From Octopus bimaculoides (Eukaryota): DNA of 61,182 nt. A program made the translations under genes and the position numbers. The notes below the pieces were generated by a model. That model was not told where the DNA came from. It saw nothing but the letters and a program-made list of their open reading frames with translations, and did not search any database. How positions within the stretch are numbered: position 1 is the first letter of the stretch; each line of letters opens with the position of its first letter. The stretch lies in NCBI RefSeq assembly GCF_001194135.2, contig NC_068984.1, forward strand, positions 15,594,264-15,655,445. The letters run 5' to 3'. Below are positions 35,106-47,100 of this stretch, in pieces.

Positions 35106-38100
35106 ACTAGTAAGACAACAAATATTTTTCTTAAGCCATGCTATTATGCTGATAATTTTTTCTACTATTATATTTATATATCTGCCCTGAAAACTATTAG
35201 TTGAAGATATGAAGTGATATTTACTAATGTAGACTACTTAGTATATTGACAACCGATATGCAATTTCCATAGGCTTGTTTTGTGGGTTAATTTGTTTACA
35301 AGCTAATATTGATAATATAAAAATGCAATCAAACAAACTTAAGAATTCTTATAAGAATAAACTTATAATTAGCCAAATGTTTTATATTCAATAAAATGAT
35401 AACAATTAAACAAATCAAAGATATAACACGTAAGACTGGGTAATTAAAATTTCATTTATACACTGTTGTAAAATAAGTCCAGTGTTTTCAAAAATGGTTT
35501 AACTTTTTATGAAATTTCACTAAACTCATCACATCATTGGTTTAAGTGCCTTGCTAAATGTGGAAGGAACATGTAGAAGAGAGAGACCCTGGAAGAGGAT
35601 AGATGAAGTAGTGAAGATTGAGCCTCACAGAGATGACAACTGCCTTAGATGATTGGTGATTTGTAGTGCTTGAGAAGACCAACCTGTTTCACTAAAGAAA
35701 TGAAGACCATTTCACCCTACATTTGTGCTCCCAGTTATTCATTTCTCACTCATCTTACATTTTCAATATCCATCTAGAGTATTCATCTATCTCCTCTACA
35801 GCAAGACACTTTTTCCTATTTATATATATTGAACCTCTCAATACATGGAATAAAGCTACCTCCTTCAATATTATGACCCCACCCAGTTGAGGGGTTCTTG
35901 TCTTGCGAGTTACTTGGTAATCTTAATGGTGTGGATTCCACAAAACGAACACCAAGTCCACACTAAAAAACCATGCCAGAGCTGACAATGGAGCACGATG
36001 CAGTCCTCTGGTTCATCAAATCTTATCGAACCATGCAACCCATACCTGCATGGAAAACGGACAAACAATGACGATGATAATTTTTCATGTTTGACTTTGT
36101 CAGATTGAATATGCTGAGGCAGATTTTTCTACAGCTTCTTATTTCTTTATTGCCCACAAGGGGCTAAACATAGAGGGGACAAACAAAGCGATTAAATCGA
36201 TTACATCGACCCCAGTGCGTAACTGGTACTTAATTTATCGACCCCGAAAGGATGAAAGGCAAAGTTGACCTCGGCAGAATTTGAACTCAGAACGTAACAG
36301 CAGACGAAATACTGCTACGCATTTTGCCTGACGGGGTAACGTTTCTTACAGCCGTATACCCTTCTTGTTGCAAACCCACACCAGTCAAGGTAATATTTCC
36401 CACATGGCCAGGCATGCATATTTTATGGAAAATTGGAAATGAAAGTACAACAGTGATGCTGAGACAAGATGCCCATACCATATATATAATTAGCTTCTTT
36501 TATTTTCTGTCTCCCAAAACCACTGAAAGGCTTTGAGAGTGAGGTTGTACCACAAGACAACTGCCCAAAGTGTCATGTAGGAGAATTAAATACAAAATAA
36601 TGTGACCAAGAAGCAAACTTCTGAACTGCACAGACAAGTCTATACCTATTAATATATATAAAATTTTACAATAGTGTTTGCATTTAAACTAGAGAGAAAG
36701 AGAGACGAAAGAAATGGAATCTAAAACTATCATTATCGTTTAACGTCTGTTTTCCATGCTGGCATAGGTTGGATGAGGAAAACTATATTTGTAAATATTA
36801 CTTACCAGTTGACAAGCTGGTGGCGGCACTGAAGCAGGAGCAACAGAGGCAGGGTCACATGATGGAGGGGGAACAGAAAGTGGTGCAATTGATGGGGGTT
36901 CATCATCTAAATCTTTAGGATAGACTGAATCATTGTCACCAGGAATATCAACCATTGTGTCATTAAAGGTGCCTGAAAAAAGATCTGTGGTATTTGAAGG
37001 ATCATCCTGTTGAGGAGGCTGTGCTGCTTGTTCTGCTAGAGTTTTATCAAATGCTTTACTTGGTGATGTTGATTGCATACTTGGTTCAGTTGATACAGCA
37101 GACGGCTCCTCAACAGTGGAATTTTCTTCAGCTGGTGGCTTCATATTTTCAGATGTAAATAAAACGTCTGATGAAGGGAAAACATCTGAATCAACAGGAA
37201 GAGGTGCAGGAGTTACTGGAGGGGCAGGAGTCGCTTGAGCTGCTGCCGCCGCCGCCGCCGCTGCTGCTGCTGCCTCTGCCTTCGCTTGAGCTACATCAAA
37301 AGAAAAGATGGTACAAAGAATTAAAATTTTATAATGAGCAATATCTATGAAACAAAACATTTGACACAATATTTTTAATCTCACATTAAGAAGTTTTGAA
37401 CATTTCATGGATTATAATTTTACATAAAGCCTATAATGTTTCACTCTTTACCCTTTCATCATCAGCTTTCCATGCTAGCATGGGTTGGACGATTTGACTG
37501 GGGACCGGCGAACCAGACTCCAATCCGATCTGGCAGAGTTTCTACAGCTGGATGCCCTTCCTAACGTCAACCACTCCGAGAGTGTAGTGGGTGCTCTTTA
37601 CGTGCCACCGGCACTGGCAACGGCCATGCTCAAATGGTGTTTTCATGTGCCACCTGCACAGGAGTCAGTCCAATGTTTAGACCAGCAATTCCCAAACATT
37701 TTTTTTTTTTTTTTTTTAAATCTAATGACCCCTTTTGATTACTATTTCATTTTGGTGCATCCCCATAGTATTACTATGTTTAGAAACTAATTTTATAGAT
37801 ATAGATACTTCTTTCACTTGTGTAGGTTGAACTATGTAATAAATTAGAGAAGGAAACCTATCTGTTTCTTGCAATACATCTAGAGCAACATTTTTCATCG
37901 TCTCTTGAAATAATATTGTGGACCCAATTTACTATTTTGCTCATGTGGACCCTGGTTGAGAACCACTGTTTTAAACTGAAATACTCAAAGGGATTTAACC
38001 ACTCAATTATAATTGATTAAAGAAGTACTGACCTCTCTTTGAAGGCTGAAGGGTTGCTTGCAGTTGCTGAGGTGTCATCTGTGCTTGATGATTTAGCTGT

Positions 38101-41100
38101 GCATTTTGATGTAAAGGAGTTTGCTGCTGTTGCATTTGTGGTGTCCCTGCTGGGAAAGGAAGATGAAGATTTTGGTGTGGCTGAACAAGTTGATCGTGTT
38201 CGTCACGAGCCAACTCAGGTGATTCCAATTCGATTTTCTCTCCTTCGTGATCCTCTTCTTCTTCTGTATTCATAGGTTTAGTAATTAAGTTTCTACCAAA
38301 TAGCTTTAATAAAAAGAAAAGGCAAATTAAGAAAACATGAAATATTTATATAAACGAACCCTGTGCACTGCACAAATGTGGACTGAACTGTGCTTTAATG
38401 ACAGGGCACATCTTTCAATATAGATATTTTTGAATTCATTTCCAGCAAAGTCACTTCAAGTTATAAGCACCTTACCAAAGTTAAACACTTTGCTTGCAAG
38501 AATTGCCCTTTAAAACAGAATAGACAAAAATATGATTGAATAAAAAAACATTTTTTAAAAATCGACTAATCTCTTATACTGCTGCTGAGATGGAAAGAGA
38601 GAGAAAAATGAGAGGAGTGTGTGTGTATTAGCAAGAATGTAAGAGTGAAACTGAAAGTGATTGAAATGTTGGGAAAAATAAAACAGAAAGTACTGAGGCT
38701 GTTGTTTACTTACTCGCCATGTAAATTTAGAGATTATGGGTCGACCAGGTAGCGCAAATAATTTTTCTACACCACCAGTTTCTTTCCAGTGCATCAACTT
38801 TTTAGTTGGTGGTGCCAAATCTAAAGTAGTAATTATGTCTGCAGTGTCAGCTAACTGCAGTTTCATAGTTTCACTTGGAATACCTTTTTGTTCGTCCACA
38901 ATAAGCTTACGCTTACGTTTACCTTTTCTTTCTTGCCCTACAAAAAACAAGTATTAAACTAACTGTATCAGTCACCTTAAAATAAGAAAATACACTTACA
39001 TTCATTATTTGTCTACTCATTAAAACAAATTTGTGCAGAGAATCTCCAGGATAAAACGAATATACAAGGGGGAAAATATAATTTTTGGAGAAGAATGGAC
39101 TTAGCAGGTATAAATTTATTAGAAAATGGATTTTTTAACAAAATTCTATTTCATTATTATGATTTACTGAGAAGAAATTTTTTTCTTTTCTGAGATTATT
39201 AAAATAATTTGTTGTTTGTGCATGACCTTTGTCCTCTCCCAACCACCTACCTCATGCTGTCTATTACACCAACCATCTCATTATAATTAAAGACTAAGAG
39301 TTGCAAGTAATATAGGGTGGAGAATAAAGCGAAATAGTGAATGGAAGAATGTTTAGGAATGAAACTTAAAAAAAAAAACTCCCGCTCCCGTTTCCAGACA
39401 GACAATACCGCCTATATCAAATATAGTTGGATCATCAATAAGCTTTTAATCAACAATTAACACACTAACATTTATATGTATGTACGGTTGTGTGTGTGCA
39501 CACACACACACATGTATGCCAGTTTATTAACAATTGTATTTTCTAAAGCATATATTTAATTACTATATATACCTGGAAAATACTAGTCATAACTTATATT
39601 TAAGAAATAGGGAAATTTAATTAGCTTAACTCGTTAGTCACTAAAAGTTAGCACACAATTTCACTTGCTAAGAGCAGCCATAGCTATGAGCTTAAATTCA
39701 CTTTGCAACATGGGTCTTTGTTCAATCCCCTTATATGTTACTTTGTGCCTTTTTCTATAGTTTTGGGCTGATCAATGTCTTTTGAGTGAAATTTGTTGAA
39801 CAGAGCCTGTCAGAAGCACCTGCTTTTCAGACTGGCATAGTGTACGTGTGTGTAAACATATATGTGGATGTGTATTTATGCTGTATAAGTATAGCTTTGG
39901 CTGAAGGATATAAACATTAAGAAGAACAAACAAAAACAGTGGTTTAGGAATAAAACCTATTGAGATCCTCCAACTTACTGACACTCGTTCTGCCACTTTC
40001 ACCGTCAGAAATAGTGAACCAGTGATCGACTCATTACAAACCTGTAACCAGGTCATATAAAATACATAGAAATAAAAATGAAATTCTTTTCTGGAAAAAT
40101 GAATTTAGAAGCAGATAAAGCTATAAATAACAGCATGTCAATATTAGGTTGCAGAAATCTTCTGGAGAGAAAAAAGGACAAGGACTGCCTGTGGGACCTG
40201 AACCCACATCTGTAGACATGACAGGTGTTAGCATTTTTGGACCCATTATTTACAGCTTTTTGTGCTTTGAAATCAGCTATTCCAAAAAAGAATTATTTCA
40301 TGCTTGCAAAAAAGTTTATAAATTCTTATATCAAAAAATAAAATGTCATACAATGTCTGATATTGTTAGTGTAAATTTTGTGTTCTTGGCTATTCCTTGC
40401 CATGTATTTATCCTTATTACTGTAATGCATTAGGCATTGAAAAAAATGGGTACTAAAGCAATTGCAAATCTAAATTTGAATTTTTAAAGCTGCTGCACTA
40501 TGTGTAAAGCACAGCAAGCACAACCAATGGAGTTGACTTTGAATTAGATATATCAATATCAATCACTGACAGTTATGAATTTATTCCAGAAGAGGTATCT
40601 TTTGATATAAACACAGTGAACATCAAGGAGGCCACTGCAGATTACAAATTACCCAGACACAAATGATTCCTTTCTTTTCAGCATTATGACTGAACATTTT
40701 CTGAAGATGTGCCAATATGTTTATGAAACACCATCTTCCTTGATGTCAATAAAAAATATCATTCCTGTACATATTCTTTTCCTCATTATGTAAATCGTTT
40801 TGAAGTTAAAGTATGTGAAATGGATTATCAGTTTCAAACCTTACTACAGGTACTGTTGACTCCTCTACAAAGCATTTTACTCTCTCCTCTCAATGCAATG
40901 CAACTGAGAAGGATGTAGAGAACAGTAATTGTGCTGGCCATGTTGCTTTCAGATGAATATTTCACTCAAGTATCAAGCTGTCATTATTTCAGCCTTACTC
41001 TACAGACACGAAACACGGATCCTGTGCTGTTAAGACAAGAAACAAGAGTGCTTACACCAGCACAAGCTCTGAACAATCATGAAATAAAACAGGAAAAATA

Positions 41101-44100
41101 TGACACTAATATTTCTGTTCCTGAGAAAGCCAACCCTAACCCCAACAACTTTGAAATCACTGTCATCAAGCATTGGTCCAGATGGACAGCCTAAGTAAAT
41201 TATGAGTAAATTGCTCATGAGCATAGCACTGACACACCTCAAGGATGCCATTTATGACATTATAAAATCAACAGACTATGAAGAAGACCAACATCAACTT
41301 GAATACCTGCAGTGAATTGAGCACTTTGGCATTAATCTGCGGCAAAATTGTTAGAAAACAACTCAAGTCATGTCCACCTCCATTCATCAGTTGTAACTTG
41401 TGTAATCACATGGATTCAACTTCTTATTTGTTATTTCTGGTGAATAAGACTAAGAGAGGAAAAGAAGAAAATACTTGGTAACAACGAATAGCTGCTGTTG
41501 CTACTGTTAACCTTGCATGTATGTGCAACAGTGGTTGCAGTAAGGTTTGAAAATGATAAGCAGTGCGACTACTTTGAACTCCCAAACAGACTTTCTCTTG
41601 ACTAGGTACAGGGGTGTTTTAATTTCACATATACATATATATATATATATGAATAAAAGTAAGGAGAAATAACTGAATCATGCCTATACTATTGATAGTT
41701 ATTTACCAATCTGCTCAAAGACGAAAAACTATCAACTCTAAAACCCTTAGCTTGCATATTTACCACCTAACAGAAAATATAAAGTATGGGGTACATGTTA
41801 CAGCAACAACTACACTACCAAAGACTGGATTCCACGTTTAGGGACAAAATATTTCGGTTCCCAAGTTTATAATGTTCAAGTGAAACCAACAACAGAATAC
41901 TGCTGTTACATCTACAAATATCTTAGACAACATTCCCCAAATAGGTGCCGAACAGATCAATATAGAGCAGGAATCAGCAACTTTTTTTTTCAAGAAGCAG
42001 GCATGGGACACATCTCCTCATCAGGCAGGATGCACTAATAAAAGACTTAAAAGTAATTTCTTTTTGTTAGGCACACCATCAAAGTCCCTTGGGCTACAAG
42101 TTGCCCATATCTGAGATGAAGCCACTTGTCAACACATTCTAACCTTTGACCCAGAGAGTTTCCACACTACATTTTCTATTTACTATGACCATGGCAATTA
42201 CTGTTCTATTTTCTATTTACTATGACCATGGCAATTACTGTTCTGAGCTATCTTCAACTGACTCACTTGTCCCTCTACCTCTTGCCACCCATACAATGCT
42301 TTACTCGCCACCAGCATTCTGGAATCTATTCCTTGCAGTCATCAACACAATTCAAGGACATTAATCGCATTGATCCTAGAGAGTCTGCAAACAGACCCAA
42401 CTATTGAAATAAAGATGGGATGTTTATAACTTGTATAGCTTTGATCACAAGTCTGCTCAACCAGAGCTGGTTTGGAGCTAAACAAGCACCTATTTTATTC
42501 ACTTCAAAAAGGCAAAAGCACAAAAATGTCCATTAAAACCAAACTGTAAACAAACCATAAAAACTAAACCATTCAGTTGGTTCTCTGAGATGCAATGACT
42601 ACTGAAACCACAAAGTTAAATACTCATATAAGTAGGTCATTGTTAATTTAAATGATTTTCAATATATTATTAGTACATTTTGATCTCAATGGGATTTGTA
42701 ACGAAAATACCAATCCCTTTACATCACATATATTATATACATACATAATGTTAATATTATAAAAGAGAATATTAGTGAAATAATTAATAATCAAAAAAAT
42801 ATATACAACCCAAAAATATACAAACACTTTTCACTGGTCGAAACATTCACAGTACAGCCCATGCACAAACTACATCTAAAACAAGGACAACATTTAAAAG
42901 AACCTTAATCAATACCTACTAAACTGACCTGGTATATTCGAGACATCTAAGGGCTCCAAAGCAAAGGCCTCATCTTCATTATGAACAAGTGTTGTTTGTT
43001 CTCCAGAAGTACCAGTGGTTTCATTGACTTCACTAGTAGTTTCGGGTGCCGGAGTCTCAGGCTCCGTAGCTGGAGCAGCTTTGGCTTCAGCTGGTTGCGG
43101 AGCAGCTTCAGGTTCTACAATGAAATGTGAAAAAAATCAAAAGTTATTATAAAGTTTAGCAGACAACAGTATTCACCGGCAAACAATGTTTGCTGATTCT
43201 TATAAACAAGAGCTTGTGCCAGTTTCATCAGACTGGCAGCATAGCTCTGAATGCAGAGACACAAAAATGAGGCTGAAACACTGCAGTATCTTAAAGTACC
43301 CTTACAACAGTGAATTGTGTTATGAAAACACATCATCGAAGAGGAGAAGGTGTTTTCCAATAACGCAAAACAAATTATTAGATACATTATTTACATTTGA
43401 CAGATATGTCCTCATCTTGTTTGTTGTTAACACAATGATTCAGCTGATATACCCTCCAAGATGAGGACAAATATCCGTCAAATGTAAATAATGTACATAA
43501 TTCCTCATCTCTTAAATATAGAACTAAGTTATTAGATATTCATGTCTGAATCTGCCAGAAGATATTAAAAATGAAGACATGTCACTGTTTGGATTTTCAC
43601 TGCCTCGTGTGCACCCATGAATTATGTTCTTCTATCATTCTCTAATCTCTCAGTTCCACTACACTTAGTTGTGAGGTCCTTCTTTTCCAAGCCAGCAGGT
43701 GCTGGTGCCATGTAAAAAGCACCTGGTACACACTGCAAAGTGGTTGGCGTTAGGAATGGTATCCAGCTGCAAAAACTATACCAAAACAGACAATTGGATC
43801 CTGGCCTGCCAGCTTCTGTCAAATCCTTCAACCCATGCTAGCATGGAAAATAGACATTAAATGATGATGTTTTCTATGAACAAGAGCTTGTGCCCTTGTT
43901 AGTTTCAGTGGTTGGATAGGGCAGCTTAGACTGAGGAAACACAACAAAATTGAAACATTATAGTGCCTCAGAAGTCCCATTACATGGGTAAATCATATTA
44001 TGAACACCCATCATTATGCCCTCCATAATGGAAATCATTTATAGAAATTTGTATTCGAATCTGTCAGAACATTCGAATACACACATTATTCTTATATATA

Positions 44101-47100
44101 AAACTAGCAATTCATTCTACAGTCAAATATGAAATAGTGATAAATCAAAAATTATACAAATGTACATCATCAAAATAAGTGGAAAAATTCATAAAATGCA
44201 TTAACATAATAATACCTTGAGGTTTCTCTGTTTCGGTTACATGTTCTTCAGGTTCCATACCAACGTCAGTTACAGGAGCATCTTCAAATAATCCACCAGG
44301 CTCCATAAATGTATCATCTGAAAGATAGGAAAAACAAATCGTTATTAACCATTGATAGACCTAATTTTGTAGCATTTCACACAAGTATCTACATTTATTC
44401 CCAAGAAAACTATAGTTTATGACAATAATTCCAGGGATCCAATTTATACTATAGCAGAAATTGCCATTGACCAATAAAATGTTTAGATATAAATTTTGGC
44501 ATGTATTCTTGCTATGATAGATCAACATCATTATTTACATAGAAAATTGATGATGATAAATATAAATAGCTTTAATGAAGAACTTTAAATTATAAGAATT
44601 ACATCAGGATTAAAAGATGAACAAATTGGGAACCAATCAAGTAAATATAGCTATAGCTTTTCTCATGCATTTATTCACTGCCATAACTGAAAGAGTATAA
44701 TACAACCATTCCAATTAATAACATTATCTGGTGTACAAACACAAAATGATAAAGCTATAGTAGTGGATGTAATATTTACAACAACTAAAATGTGTCTGTA
44801 TGCCACTGACCACCCACCTACAGATGCTAAAAGAGAATCAAAAGAAACTAATATATGGAATTACCGAGAAATTCTTGACCAATTTCACCTCCAAAATCAT
44901 CATTGTTGCCATTATCATCATCATCATCATCATCAACTGGAGCATCTAGAAAGTAAAAAAATTAATTACTGACTGCAACTTGACCATTTAGAAGACATTA
45001 CAAGTAAAATGAGAATAAATTTGAAAGAAAACAAGATTCCGAATAATTTCATGAGTGCATCCCAATTCAGTAATTTGTTTTAATATAATTTACATTAAAC
45101 TGCAGGCAGCTGTACTGGTTTTATCCACTGTTTTGGTTAATCACGACAATATTTCAAGAGTAACATATACATTTAACCTTCACTGTATATTTCTATAAAT
45201 GTAAAAATCAATTTTCAGTCATCCATTGTAATATTTGTGTTGTATTCACACTTGAATTCCCTGAAATAGCAATTCCTGTGCTCATGCACACGGGCCTGTA
45301 TAAAACTGATCACCATTTATTATAGAAAGTTTGATAAAACAATTCTGTTAGCTGACAAGTTCAGAAGAATGAAAAACATATCAATTCTTGCCTATGTCTC
45401 AAGAGAGCCCATACATGTTATTGATACTATCATAAATGCACCCAAAGTGACTTTGATGGTTGTGGTAATACTATACGACCTAGTTTTTGAAAATCTTGAC
45501 TGAATAGTTATTTCATTAGATCTCCATCCAAATTCTTGATTATTCTCATAATTATTATAACCCTTTAGTGTTTAAACCAGCCATAACTGGTTGTATCTGA
45601 TTTCTCTACAAATTCACTAAAAAAAAAATGAATCACATTATTGAATTCTTGTAACTTTGAGATAATGCGTGATAAAGCCTTTCCCGCCTTTATTCAAATA
45701 AAAATACAGTGAAATTTTAAAGACTTCTTGGTTTTTTTCAAAGTTTGAAGAGAAGTGTATATCTTAGCTTTTAATGATATGGCGTCAGCAAGTAGCAATT
45801 CTGACTTTGAAGGTTTTACTCTTGATGATGAAGTACAAAATATAAACAAAAACAGTGATTTGTCTTCAGACGAATCATATTGACATTTACGAACCTTTAT
45901 CGGATGGAGAAGATTACTACATAAACCAGAATCGCCAATTCCACAATATGGCCTACCTTCCGATGCTCAACCATCAAACTATTTTTTATTTTTTTACCAA
46001 AAACTTTTTTTGAAATGGTCATGGCGGAAACAAATGCTCAACACATAATTTGTATTTGTGGAAGACCCAATCCACTATAACAGCCAACTGATATTGCAGA
46101 ACAAATAACGTGAACAAATAAGCACCACATTTGAGAGATTAATCTAAACACTAAAGGATTAAATATACAGGCAAAGTATTTTCATTATATGTAAAATCAT
46201 TAAAACTTACCCATAAAGCTAGGTTCATCAAGTTCATTGGTGACAGGAGCTGTCATGTCCACATCTAATGATTTCTCTGGCTCATCAATGCTTTTTATTT
46301 CTTCAGGAGCCCGAGGACTGGTAATATCAGGACTTTTGAACAAAGACTCTTCTAGATTTGTGGCGTCTCGCAGTATTTCTCGATCATCAAACCCAACATC
46401 ACCTATTAAAATACAAAGAAAAAGAAAAACAGGCTGAGTTTACAAAGTAACAAGGAATCTACATTATGAAGTCGATTGTGTAAATTAGATATAGCACACA
46501 CACAATAACTTGTATTTAGCCCTTTTACACTTGTAACTCCCTTAACTTTACTGAATACAAGTCTTGCTAAGGCAGACCAACACCAGACACTCTGGATAAT
46601 AGATTTTCTTTTTTTCAATGAATGAATACATAAGTAATGAATGTCTTCTATATTAAATTTGTATGTGCGTATACACATCCACCATATCATTTGGGAAATG
46701 TTACCTCTGACAGATTGGCAACATATCAAAGATTGCTATATTGCTAGATCTTCAGTTCAGGTAATCAACTAAAATTACAAAATAACTAAACAGAAAACAA
46801 ATTATTGAAAATTTTAAAACTTAGCAGCCATAGATCTATTAGCGTCAAATTATTCTTATAAACTTCTATTTGAAAGCATTGTTGTTTATCCTAAATCAGC
46901 CCTGATTGAGCAGACTTATGATAATCTTATGTATCTTTCCTTTTAACTGAGGAAGCTGCTATTTCAACCGAAATGTGTGATTTTTTTGAGAAGAGCTTAT
47001 TTGTTTTCAATCTGCATTTTAAGACAATATAACTAAACTAGAACAAAATAAAATAAAATTATTACAAGATAGAATTCCATCAATGTAAAACTTAAAGCCA

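Noticed and set aside
38476-38507. 32-nt AG/GT-bounded segment in a RAD21 intron containing a stop
   Set aside because: Ordinary composition and weak acceptor; compatible with chance.
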